Assembly: GCA_008632985.1 (NCBI GenBank)
Contig: QPGO01000109.1
Coordinates: 186,001-250,000, forward strand
Reading direction: 5' to 3'
Origin: Psammoneis japonica
Lineage: Eukaryota
DNA: 64,000 bases
Of the stretch, positions 24,597-36,342 are shown one piece after another (the first letter of the stretch is position 1; each line of letters starts with the position of its first letter). The position numbers and the translations under genes were made by a program. The notes under the pieces are model-generated. The model had not been told where the DNA came from. It worked only from the letters and a program-made list of their open reading frames with translations, and ran no database searches.

Positions 24597-27500
24597 TCAA
24601 CCGCGAAAAGGAATCAGGCGCCGAATGTTGAGGCACTCAACCACATGAGGAGCTCGACAAACCGAGAGTGTGCCATTTACATGCACTTGAACAACAGGAC
24701 AAGGACCATGAGCACGAGGCTCGAGTCTGGATGGCTCAATGTGCTTGATTAGAACTTGATCACCCACTTGATGATCGCAGGATCTTCTCTTGGCATTGGC
24801 TCGTCGCAAGTTGTCGTTGATCAGCGTCTGGCGATGGCCTTGAATCGTCAACAAATCCGCCAGCACTGGGACATCCAAGATCATGTCACGTCCGAACACC
24901 ATGGCACCTGGTGAAATCTGCAAGGAACGGGAAACAGCACAATGGGTTGCACACATTGCAGTTGCCAAAGCATCGTCCATGAGGCTGGCTGCATCTTGAA
25001 GGTTTTGAGGTGGATCAGAAGCAATGAGCGTGTGCAACACATTGCCGACAGTCTGGTGCATTCATCCACAAATGGCGTTGGCTTGAGGGTTGTGTGAAGC
25101 AGTCGGCACATCATCAATTCTGGCTCGTTGCAATGGCATCTGAAATTCATGCCCGGTGAACTCGCCGCCGTCATCGTGGATGCATCGATTCGGTCTGGGA
25201 TGGCGTGCAAGCCAGCAGTTTTCGAATTGGTTGGCAACATGTCGAGCAGTTTCATTCTCAATTCTCACCAGTTCAACAAGATTGGAGACAGGATCAACAC
25301 AGGTCAACGCGCGAAACTCAATCTTTCCATTCGGCACTTTGATTTTCCACGGGCCAATGAGGTCAATCGCCACTTCCGACCAGGGGGTCAATGGAGCTTC
25401 TCGTTCGGGCAGCTCTCCACAGCCAGGACCCAAAGTTTTGTTACGTTGGCAATCAGCACAAGAACATTCATCACACATGCGACGTAACCCAGGGTGACAA
25501 CAATGAGCCTGGATTGTTTCACGCATGCGCTGGCTTCCAGCATGGCCAAGGACGAGATGACACCACCGTAAGATGTCGGGCATGAGCGCAGTCGGCAAAC
25601 AAATTTTCCATTGTCCTGGAGAATCATTTGATCGCATACGATGACACACAAGCAGTCGATTGTTCACACATTCCACGAGGAAACGATCAGGGTGAGCAAT
25701 GCGCATCTGGTTCAATTGTTGGTCCTCGAACTGGTGCTCTTGAATCCGTTGTAACGTCATTGGATTTTGCATCTCCTGCATCGTAGGGTAATTCAAAAAA
25801 GAATCGAACAGTTCTGGCTCATCAACAAAGAAAGAGAAGAAGTGTGAGTGGCCTTCATTTTCAATGTTGCGACAACACTTGAATCGGCATGTGCCGAGCT
25901 CCAAGTCCTCATCGCGGAAATCCTTGACTTCGGATGGTTCCTCACTCGGCACCAACTTCGAATCGAGCGGAGCAAAATTAACAACAGTTCCTTTACCCGG
26001 AGCCAAGCTCTTCCCTTCAGAGGGAGGATCCATGCAAGGCAAACGAGAAAAACAATCAGCCAAGACATTCAAGCGGGCTTCGACACAATGGAATTGAGGG
26101 GCAAAGTCTTCAAGAAAGAGGCGCCAACGGAGCACACGTTGTGAATTTAAGGTGCAAAAGGCAAGGTTCTTGTGGTCGGTGAATGCACGCAAGTCGCCGC
26201 CAAGAAGCATTGTTCGGAATTCGCGGAAGCACATGACAATGGCCAAGAGTTCTTTTTCGATCGTCGAGTGGTTTTGTTGCGCCGCATTCAGCTTTCGAGA
26301 CCAACATGCAACAGGTTTTCCGACTTGTGCAATTGCTGCGCCCATTTGGCAATCACTGGCATCGGTGTAGACATGGAAGGGTTTGTTGTGATTCGGGTGC
26401 GTCATCAACGTCTCGGCCGCTAGCACTGCTTTCATCTCTTCGAACGCTGCCTGACAATCTGTTGTCCATGTCCACGAGCCTTTGCCTGTGAGATCTGTCA
26501 AGGGTTTCAACAAGTGAGAATGCCGAGGCCACATGTTGCGACAGCATGTCACAGCACCAAGGAACAAACGAAGCTGCTTGACATTTTCCGGAGGTTGCAT
26601 TCGCAGAACAGCTTCCACTTTCTTCTTCCACGGACGAATTCCAGTCGGAGTTAGCCAATGCCCAAGGAAATCCGTTTCCTGCACACACCATTCACATTTC
26701 AAAGGGTTCACTTTAAATCCAGCTTCTTCCAAACGTTGCAGGAGTTTGTCGAGACGAGCAAGGTGAACATCAAAATTGTCATCAAATTGAGCGAGATCAT
26801 CAACACATGCGTCAACGTCCAAGTCATGTGCAGTTTTCTCAATCAAGCATTGTGCAATGTCCGGAGCCGGCTTCAAACCCATTGCTGGACGGCAGCATCG
26901 ATGCTTTCCAAAGGGTGTCACGATTGTCATCAGATCTTTGGAATCGTCGTCCAGTTCAAACGTACAGTGCATCATTGAGAGATCCAACTTTGTAAGAAAT
27001 TTGTGCCCGGCTCTCTTTTGCAACACATCTTGAATGATCGGCAAGGGACAAACCTTGCGCTTGAGGGCTTTGTTGAGTTCCCGAAAGTCGCTGAGCCACC
27101 GCACTCGACCATCTTTCTTCGGTCGAATAAAGGCACCTGCAGCCCATTCCGAAGTTCCGGCTTCTTCAAGAACGCCAAGAGCCACTGAGTGATCTAATTC
27201 TCGCTTGAAAGTCTCGAGATCATTGTGCGGCACTGCACACGCTCGAGAATGGCGCGGAACGGCATTGGGATTAATGTCAAGGTGAACTTTTTCGCCAGCA
27301 CACTTGCCAAGGGTGCCATCAAAAAGAGCAGTGTGTTTCTCCAACACGAGACGCAATTTCTCTTGTTGTTCGGCAGCAAGATGCTTCTGAGCTGAAGCTG
27401 CTTCAGACGGGGACGTCTCCTCACACTTTGCATCGAGGATGCAACTGTCCCACACGTCATCATCATCAGCCAGCTCATCAGTTAAATCATCGAGCCATTG

Positions 27501-28088
27501 TTGGATGCCAGTCCGCTGATTCTTCGGCTTCATTGCAATGCTTGAACCGAGCCACTTGACAATTCCGTGTTCGAAATCCAACGTGATGCCCGCTCTCGCC
27601 AAGAAGTCCTGTCCAAGGATCACATCATGTTGGCAGGGTGAGTCAAACACATGCGCATGCATGCCATCAACATGTTTGGTCTTGTCGAATTCAGGGAGCA
27701 CCAAGTCCTGCAATCAAACATAACGAGTTGATTCGAATTCTCCTGCTGTTGTCCTAAACTTTGCACGAATCGGTCCTGTCTCTTCCAATGCTGGAACCGC
27801 TCCAACCGGCAACACCCGAGCATGAATCATTGGGTGGGTTCCACCGGAATCAAGCAACACCCGCATCACGCGCTTGCTTTCCTCATCTTGAATGAATCGC
27901 GCCATGAATGAGGTTGCAGGGACCACATTTGATGGTTCAAATGGTTTTGTTTTTGGAGTTGGTGCAGCGCACTCAAGTCCCACATCGTCTTCATCATTCA
28001 CAGCACAATTTCTGAAATCATCATCATCAAATAAATCAGCAGCGTGTGCACAACAATCATCAACACAATCAGTGCAATCATCAAACAC
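24597..28088 (-). pseudogene. Gypsy pol (protease, RT, RNase H, integrase) with in-frame stops
   Basis: LLDSGG protease; LSDFRELN, LDLSMM, TPFGK, ACVDDL (YxDD); YTDASD, IEKELL, TDHKNL; HLVLGH...CADCQ; IDLIGP, DDGGEF, PQANAI. Confidence 0.93.
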
Positions 28089-28924
28089 ATGAGAATCAGG
28101 AGCGACACACTCGGACGACAGCTCTTCAAGCTCATTGGGTCAGTGTTGACCGCGTCCCGAGAAGCGACCACCAGGTCGAAGAATTCCCGTTCCACCTCGA
28201 TGCTCTCGAGGCCCTCCCATCGAATCAAGATGATGGCTTTCAGCAGACCAATCATCAGGAGGAGCCGTTCTGGCCGGATTGCCGCAACCGCCGCCATCTG
28301 CATTGGTTCGGGTGTCGTTTTGACACTGCATGTGAGAGCCACCATCATCATGATGCTCGCCGCTGTTGCCGCCAGAGTTGCAGTTTCCGCGACCACGGCC
28401 TTGCCAACCACGACCTTGCGCTCCGCCACAACCATGACCTCCGCCTCAACCGCCACCTCGACTGCCACGGCCACCATGTCCGCGACCTCCGCGATCAGCT
28501 CTTGGACGGCAGTTGTTAGAGTCAGGATTCATGGCGCAATCTCTCCACTTGTGATTGTGAGCATGCCAAGGACATTGAGGTTCTGGGTCAGTGCGGTTGC
28601 CTTTCTTCTTGGCAGAGCCGCCACCTTTCAACTGTCTGTCTTTGCGCTTCTTCGAAGTCTTCTTGTTCCCATCTGCAAATGATTTCTCCGTGCTCACACA
28701 CGTGACAATTTCCGCTGACGCATCATTTCCAATCGTGCGTCCTGCTCTTGCATGCATCTCGCGCCACGACAAAGGGAAGCTGTCGAAGATCATCTTCTTC
28801 TTCTGGTTCTGAGTGACAACTGGATTGTTTCCCGGCAACTTGTTCGTGTGTCACACTGAGGTCTCCATTCGATCTGCGTGTGCCTGCACTTCAACATCAT
28901 GTGGCTTTTTAAGAGAGAGCAAGT

Positions 28925-29313
28925 GACGCGTTCCAGCCCTGGGTGGGACTCCGTGTGACATTGGGCCCGTAGAATTCTACGTGCGAGCTCAGCAGTACGA
29001 GAATTTAATCAATGGACACATTTATCTTCAACATCAAATAAACGGCCAAGTTTGTGGTGCAATTACGCCTCTCACCACTCGACGTTTTTGCAAATGCACC
29101 TGCCCTGCGCGATTCTCAAGACATCACAGAATCGCACTGTAACAAAAAATGTCAAAAGTTGTTGGACGGATCGCTCAACAAGTGCACCGTAAAATGACAC
29201 AAAACATCAAAAAAATCACGTAGAAATCTACGTGCGCGACATACGACGTGATTCAAAAAACTGTCGATGTCACAGTTCAGCAGTGCGAGGTCCCACCAGA
29301 CCTGGAACGCGTC
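28925..29313. mobile_element. MITE-A (389 bp), TIR GACGCGTTCCAG, 4-bp TSD aagt
   Basis: aagt|gacgcgttccag...ctggaacgcgtc|aagt; second copy at 52472-52861. Confidence 0.92.
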
Positions 29314-29615
29314 AAGTGTTCAATCATCGTGTCACGCGCTTCAGTTTCACAATGTGACAAATAAAAATGAGCCAATTCTTGGTCAAAACGAGCCACCGTC
29401 TTTTGCGCATTCGGAATCGCCATGGTGAGATTGGACCATTTGTCTTCAGCGGCATCTGTCAACACTTCCTCGAAATTGTCAAACAGTTCTTCGCCTGCAG
29501 TGAATTCAAGTTTTGCAGCCAGTTTACGAAAACGATCTTCCACGAACAACAACGCTTCAATGCCATTAGTTCCATCAAAACAAGGGCACTTCTTCGTACG
29601 CGTGCTACCATCATC

Positions 29616-30144
29616 GACGTGTTCCAGCCGCTCGTGAACCCAATCGTGCACAAAAACGACATTTGCGCGATTTTTGCGCGGTCCCTAACTTACGATCGAA
29701 CTTTCACCACCAAAAGTATAGATTTACTCAAATATATATGTTTTGCAACACTAACAAGACTCGTGTGAGTGTTGCAATATCATTGTTATTGTGCTATCTA
29801 TGTTTTTCATTGCGTTAAACGATTCGTAACACAACGGATGATTTTCGGCGAAAATATTGCCGTTACAACGATGCTATTTGGTATGTTTTCTACCTACAAA
29901 AAAATCTCAGTATAAATCTACTGACGTACAATCATTATTGAGTCTACTGAGGAAGTTTATGATACATATCCCATGAGGATTTGAATGCCCCTCAAAAAAC
30001 TATTTAAATGTTCATACTCTAGAGTCCTATAAAAGTCAATCCGTCTAAGTATTTTTATTAAAATGCTCCATACACTAGAATATACATAAATTATATTCAA
30101 AATCCGATTGTCGTTTTGTGCGTCACCTGGGACTGGAACACGTC
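29616..30144. mobile_element. MITE-B (529 bp), young TpA-rich copy, TIR GACGTGTTCCAG, 4-bp TSD catc
   Basis: catc|gacgtgttccag...ctggaacacgtc|catc. Confidence 0.92.
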
Positions 30145-30476
30145 CATCATGCGATTGAGTCAATTTTGCAAGTTCCAAATCCGAGTGAGCAAATTTCACA
30201 GCATGCAAAATGCACGGTTCTTTAAGACTCTCGCGATTGCTCATCAGGCCAAGTTGGTCCTCCAAGAAACTGCTTCAAGCACTCTACCTTCGACTCGAGT
30301 TGTGCAACCCGAATCGCCAAATCTTGTTCGCATTGTTTTCGTGTCTCCTTTTGCCGTTTTTGTTCCAAAGCCCAATTCGCTGCCTTCGCTCTCAACATTC
30401 TTTTCTCTTGTTTCGTAAGCCTGTTAGTTGCATCGTTGTTTCTCATTCAGCTCTTTACAATCGACTGTAATTACAG

Positions 30477-30641
30477 TGCAAGCTCAAGCTGAAAACTGAT
30501 GTCAAAACAAAGAAGTGAGTAGACCGAAGAGAGGGGAGCCTAAGCGTTAGCGAACGGTGGCGAGCCTCTCTCAAACGGCTACGTTAATCTAATATCCAAA
30601 ATTTATACTATATATCAGAAGCGTGCGAGTGAGTTGCTGCA
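30477..30641 (-). repeat. Gypsy 5' LTR (165 bp)
   Basis: Direct repeat of 24304-24473 with a 5-bp indel. Confidence 0.95.
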
Positions 30642-31010
30642 ATCAACGGTCGGTCATTTGTATTAGAAATAAGTATGTTAAAGAACGTAGAAGATGATTT
30701 AATTTTGATTTTGGATTTCTCCCTCCAACACGCACATCGCGCGAAACAAACACGCGCATCGTCTCACGTGCCGGGTCGCGACGGACAAGCACATTCATGT
30801 CATTGCCGAGAATAACGTATCTTCACTTTCAACAGTGCCAATTCTCTCTCTTATACCACAGAGAAAAGAAGAACTGTCTGTAAAGAGTGAACCAATAGAG
30901 TAGTTGGTTCGATTGGTTTGGTTGGAGTACGTTGTCTCATCCTTCTGCTTCTCGAACTACGAACTACATCTCACATCTCACCTCGTTATAATGATATAGA
31001 GCTTTGCAGG

Positions 31011-32607
31011 ATGTTACTACGGTTGTTGTTGTTGTTATCGTGCTTGTTCCAATTTGCACTCGCAGATACTCCCGAACAAAACTTATGCGGCTTGTATTTG
31101 GCTCCCTCGTCCATTCCCAATGCGGGTCTCGGTGTGTTTGCGGGTCACCAATCGTTTCAACCTGACGATTTGGTGGTGCATGGTGATTTGGTAGTGCCAT
31201 TGTATGACATGCCCCAAGATGCGTATCCCATTTTTCCATGGGATGATTATACGTGGGGTGCCGATGGGACCTTTCCAAATGGACATGAAGAACAAGACGA
31301 TGAACACACGATAACGGCAGCCATTTTTGGAATGGGTGCTGCGATTAATTGCATGTTTGGATTGGTCAATGTCGATGCCACCCTGCCCAAATCGGACAAT
31401 GCCGGCTTGCATCGTTCTCGAGATCCAGGAATCGGTGCCTTTACTCCGTATCATGATCGGAAAATATACGCTTATACAGAGATTCCCGCCGGTATGGAAT
31501 TGTTTGGGAGTTATGGTGAACCCTACTTTACAACACGTACCGAAATTTATGGTTACATTCCCTTTGAAGACAGCTTTAAGCAAGCCGATCAAGTCATTCG
31601 GAAATTTGTCAATCTCACCAAGAATGCAACCTTGTGGAGGACTGCTGCCAAGGAGGAAACTTCAAATTCATCGCGACGCTTTGGTGCTCTGTGGGACACG
31701 ATTGTTGGTATGAAACATGGAATTGGATTTGAATCAAGAGCCCTTCATGCATTGCCAGAGGAGTATTCTTCCGTAAAACACATTGCCGAGATTGGTACAT
31801 CCCTAACACATTACAATCGATCCATTCGTACCATGGAATGGCTCGAAGAACATGGCAAGTGTGCCGATAACATTCGACCGGGACTATCGACCCTTCCTCA
31901 AGCGGGCCGAGGAGCCTTTGCCACGCGATTTATACCCAAGGGTGGCTTGGTCGCTCCGGCTCCCTTGATCCATATACCCGATCGGGCCATTTTGGATATC
32001 TATGACGACGATGATAAGGACAAAGTGGTTCATCAACAACTATTGCTCAATTATTGTTTTGGACATGCCAATTCGACATTGTTGCTCAGTCCTTATGGCA
32101 TATTTACAAGTCTCATTAATCACTCATCTCAAACACCAAACGCCAAGATTATATGGTCGAAACACATGGCCCACGCGGAATGGAAAAACATGTCGGTCGA
32201 ATCCTTGAACAAGTATTATCATGCCGGATTGGCATTTGATTTTGTAGCATTGCGGGATATCCACAAGAATGAAGAAATACTCATTGACTATGGACCCGAA
32301 TGGGAAGATGCATGGAAGGAGCACGTCAAGACGTATGTTCCCGTCAAGGATTCTATTCAGTATCAGACTGGATTTGAATTAAATGAGGATCTTGACCGTA
32401 TATTGTGGTCATACGACCAATATCCATACTATTCGCCAAATGTCACAATTTGGATGCATGGTATCTATCTCGAGTACCTCAGCGGAACAACAGCGTCGGA
32501 AAAACAACAACTTGACTATTGCATGATTCGAATCGTTGGACATTATTTTGTTGGCAAACAAGTCTTGTACAATGTCGAAGTCATTGAGAGGATCGAGGAG
32601 GACGACG

Positions 32608-32640
<33 letters not shown>

Positions 32641-32801
32641 GAGAAATTTTCAAACACGTAGTGTTTGGTGTGCCTCGTGATGCTATTTTGTTTAAAGATG
32701 AACAATACACCCGCGATCATCAAATGCATTCGGCATTTCGACACACAATGATGATTCCAGATGACATGATGCCGACGGCTTGGAAGAATTTGGTAAATTG
32801 A
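31011..32801 (+). CDS. Signal-peptide protein with two SET-like domains
   Basis: MLLRLLLLLSCLFQFALA signal; CGLYLAPSSIPNAGLGVFA...INC...EIPAGMELFGSYG; STLPQAGRGAFATR...SLINHS...EEILIDYG. Confidence 0.8.
32610..32640 (+). repeat. (ACA)n poly-Thr microsatellite in CDS
   Basis: About ten tandem ACA. Confidence 0.9.
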
Positions 32802-33181
32802 AAACGAATATAGACACTTGCGTTGTATAATAGCGCCTTTCGAAAATCATGCGGACGGACAGTTGTCGCTATGGTTTTAGTACAATATACCGTAGCGCTC
32901 GCTTTTCCACGGTGCCGTGCCAAGAGAGAACTGTCACTAACGCCTCTACCAGTAGTAGCTACAAACGAAATACGATAGAGAGCTAGCGCAAATACTGGTA
33001 CTGTCGGAAACCTTTCCCTAAATTACAACACTATTACTATCGCGCAGTAGGCTCACAACAGCTTACGATATCCGGTGATAGTGAGCGACGAGGTTCCCAC
33101 CGCAATATAAACAAATACACTCATAGATCCAAAGCGGCCGAAGACCACTGAATCTTCACAAAAGATGGAAGAGTTTCAAAT

Positions 33182-35395
33182 TCAGTATGGGCAAGTATTC
33201 GGAGTGCAGTAGCCTCCCTTGAACTTTCCTCCCTTCCTCCAGCAAACTGCCTTCCTGAAAATCTTGCATTTGCCCTTGGTTCCCAAACAGCAGGCACCAG
33301 GCTTATCCGAGATTGGGCAGGTACCAGGTTTGCACACTGTACCCAATCCAACAAAGTGTCCCTTCTTGAGGCCACACTGCTTCTCCTTGACCACAATGCA
33401 TGAGTTATCCGATAAGCAGCAGGCACCATATGCGGCTGGGCAAGTCCTCTTGTTGCACTTCTTTCCAGGAGTGAAATCACCTCCTCGCTTCTTGCACACC
33501 AATCCCTTGAGGTTGCGGCACAATCCCTTCTCTGGGAAGCAGCAAGCTCCGACCGTGTTCGAGTTATCAGGTGGACAGGTATTGTTGGGACCGCAGTGTG
33601 TGCCATCACCAAAGTAATGACCGTAACGCCGCTTGCAGTTTCCAGGCTTGAGTTTGAGACAACGGCCCGTCTTGAGGCAGCAAGCACCAGTCTTTCCGAA
33701 AGTCGGGGGTTTTGTAGGACGAACTGGAACGGGACAAGAGTTGTTGGGACCGCACGGTTTGCCAACTCCCTTGAAATCACCGTCTCTCTTCAAGCAATTT
33801 CCCTGTCTGAGAACCAGGCAACGCTTATTCTTGAGGCAGCATGCACCCTTGTTGTCTACAGGAGTGGTCGGTGGTTCGGTGGGCGTAGGGCCGGGGCATT
33901 GGATGTTGTCGCAGGTGTTTCCAAATCCAAAGAACTTTCCTTGGCTCAACAGAACACAGGAAGTAAAGGAGGAAATGTAGCACATGGGATCTCCGGGGAA
34001 GCAGCAAGGACCTTCGGGGTCGTCCGGATTCGGAGGAGAAGGAGTGGGGCTCGGGGTGATAGGGCAGTGGATATCGTCGCAGTTGCCTCCATTCACGAAT
34101 TGTCCACCAGGCTGGCTAGCACATGTTTGTTCCGAGGAATCGGGAAGGCAGTATGGAAGTCCATTTCGAAGAGTAATGCAGCAAGCACCGGATGGGGACG
34201 GCGACGGGGGCTCGGTGATTGGGCAAACAATGTCTTTCGTGCATGTTGGTCCTTCACCAAGCCACTGACCCATGTTGACCTTGGTACAAGTTTCGAAGGA
34301 TGTCGTGAAGCACCTGTCGAACCCTGGGACGCAGCAACCTCCAGCACCAGGTTCCACTGTAGGAGAAGGGGTTGGTGGGTCGGTAATCAAGCAAATTTCG
34401 TTCTTCTCGTCACACACGGTACCGAATCCACGGAATCGTCCAACAGCTCTCTTACAGTCGAGCCTTGTCAGCTCGGCACAAATCTCGCCGCCATTGACGC
34501 TATCAAGGCAGCACGCGCCGGGCACATGCTCAATGGTAGTAGGAGAAGGGGTTGTGGGAACCTTGGTGGGAGCAGCAGTAGGGGCTGGGGTGGGAGCCGG
34601 AGTGGGAGCGAAGGTCGGCTGTTTGGTGGGGCAAACACCGTCTTCAGGCTTTCCGCACATGACTCCGCGACCCTTGAAGTCACCTCCAGCAATGTTACAC
34701 TTGCTCTTGAATTCGTAGGTGCAACCTCCGTCAAGGCAGCACGCGCCCCTATCGGGACAAAGACCTCTCGTACAGTTCACACCGGCGGCAACAAAGCTGC
34801 CACCGAGGAGACCGCAAGATTGCTGGGAGGTGTTATCAAGGCATCCATCCCAAGGCGTGCAGCACGCACCGGGACCATCCTCGAATCTGGTCGGACTAGG
34901 AGTAGGCTTGGCGGTAGGAGCACCGGTGGTAGGGGCCATGGTGGGCTCCTTCGTAGGAGACTTGGTGGGCTCCGCGGTTGTTGGTGCCGGGGTAGGAGGT
35001 GTCGTAGGCGTAACCGTAGGTGATGGAGTTGGGCAGACGAATGTGTCGCAGTCGACGCCAAAGCCGTTCCACATGCCATTGAAGTTGGGATGCGTGCACG
35101 AGTGGTAGGACAGAGTGTAGCACGTGAAATCCTTGCAGCAACCACCGAGACAATCCGTAGTACAGTTTCCGCCCTCAAACCATTTACCCTTGACGGCGTC
35201 GCAAGCGACATCTGAAATTCCCGAGTCAGCTGGAATACAGCTGTCCTTGCCGTGAGGACTGCAACAGATACCGGGGGGCGAGTACAAATCTCTCTCGACC
35301 GGCAAATCAAACGCGACCTCGTCTGAGCCGGCTTGGGCAAGCCACGGTGTAACCAAAGCCCCAACGCTCACGAATGCTGTGAGCGCGAACTTCAT
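33182..35395 (-). CDS. Secreted Cys-rich protein with ~13 G(A)CC modules, Pro/Thr linkers and a Lys-rich C-terminal part
   Basis: Signal peptide MKFALTAFVSVGALVTPWLAQA; repeated GxCC-x(n)-C-x(n)-C-x3-GG.F.G.G..C...C; PTxxPT linkers. Confidence 0.85.
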   Translation of the reverse strand: MKFALTAFVSVGALVTPWLAQAGSDEVAFDLPVERDLYSPPGICCSPHGKDSCIPADSGISDVACDAVKGKWFEGGNCTTDCLGGCCKDFTCYTLSYHSCTHPNFNGMWNGFGVDCDTFVCPTPSPTVTPTTPPTPAPTTAEPTKSPTKEPTMAPTTGAPTAKPTPSPTRFEDGPGACCTPWDGCLDNTSQQSCGLLGGSFVAAGVNCTRGLCPDRGACCLDGGCTYEFKSKCNIAGGDFKGRGVMCGKPEDGVCPTKQPTFAPTPAPTPAPTAAPTKVPTTPSPTTIEHVPGACCLDSVNGGEICAELTRLDCKRAVGRFRGFGTVCDEKNEICLITDPPTPSPTVEPGAGGCCVPGFDRCFTTSFETCTKVNMGQWLGEGPTCTKDIVCPITEPPSPSPSGACCITLRNGLPYCLPDSSEQTCASQPGGQFVNGGNCDDIHCPITPSPTPSPPNPDDPEGPCCFPGDPMCYISSFTSCVLLSQGKFFGFGNTCDNIQCPGPTPTEPPTTPVDNKGACCLKNKRCLVLRQGNCLKRDGDFKGVGKPCGPNNSCPVPVRPTKPPTFGKTGACCLKTGRCLKLKPGNCKRRYGHYFGDGTHCGPNNTCPPDNSNTVGACCFPEKGLCRNLKGLVCKKRGGDFTPGKKCNKRTCPAAYGACCLSDNSCIVVKEKQCGLKKGHFVGLGTVCKPGTCPISDKPGACCLGTKGKCKIFRKAVCWRKGGKFKGGYCTPNTCPY

Positions 35396-36342
35396 GTTTG
35401 CCTAGTAGTTCACTGAATTCTTCTCTTCGAAAAAGTGTGAACTGCTTTTTGTGAGAGAAATTGTATGCCCTCTGGATTTGTGAAAATGCGAAATCCTCGC
35501 AGATATCTACGACTAGCGGTATGATAAGAAGAATCGTCATAAGTATTTTGACGCAAAAGCAACCCATCAAACTTTTTCGTGTGCCTGCGCTTTTCATTGA
35601 ATAAGTGTTGCAGTTGCAATACAGAAGAGAACTATAGTTTCCGTCTGCATTCACAACACTTATGTGCTGTACAAGAACTAAGGAGTTAGCAGGAAAAGCT
35701 TGCGTCTGCATTCTCTAACGAAGGTAACGCAACAAAGTGTTTGGGGGTTTACCGCGACCAACCAATGTGTTTTCGATACGGAAGAGCTCCGTAGATTGGA
35801 CAGAGTGTAGTCATTTCTTAAGTGTTTGTGATGACTGTAATCTGTCATTATGACAGCGATTTATTTATTCCGTTAAATAATGTTTTGTCCAACACGAACA
35901 TTATTCACTTGACACTATTTAGGAAAACTTTGACATGTCCGCAATGTCAGATCGACATATTTATTTAAAAGCAAATGTCACACTACCGATTTTTAATCTA
36001 AGCACTTTTCAGCATTTGCAAGAGCGACATTAAAACAGACAAATTGTTTTCCTGGGGCACAGATGTTTCGAGGGCGCCCAGAGCCAAAGACAGTCATCAC
36101 GGAATGCCCCTCAACTGAAGCAGTGTCTTCTTATGCAATGTTGGCGAAAGTGCTTTAGGGTTCAGTCTTGCCGGCGCGCGGCAGGCAGGCGGTTGTCGCG
36201 CATCATACTGCGCGAGTTTGTTTTGGCGGGAAGCCGCCGCACGAACACCCCACACCTACCCCTCCCCCCGACCACGGCAATCGGCGATGTTGTTTCGGAC
36301 GTTCGAAGAGGACGAGTAATTAGTGGGAGTCATTCAGCAACC

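Larger units (their letters stand above)
28446..30265 (-). pseudogene. Gypsy gag interrupted by two MITEs
   Basis: Removing MITE-B rejoins KLTQSHD-DGSTRTKKCPCFDG. C-terminal CPWHAHNHKWRDC knuckle-like motif and RGG tail. Confidence 0.75.
24304..30641 (-). mobile_element. Full-length Ty3/Gypsy LTR retrotransposon, inactivated
   Basis: TG..CA LTRs at 24304-24473 and 30477-30641, 5-bp TSD atcaa (24299-24303 and 30642-30646), PPT ggaagggaagag on the minus strand at 24474-24485, gag-PR-RT-RH-IN order. Confidence 0.95.

Noticed and set aside
14503..30144. Classical RIP or CpG decay as the sole explanation
   Set aside because: These are C->T processes that would create TA or leave it unchanged. 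They cannot convert conserved Tyr codons to Cys/His, although CpG decay does co-occur.
33596..35023. 475-aa plus-strand ORF
   Set aside because: Antisense shadow of the GACC-module gene.
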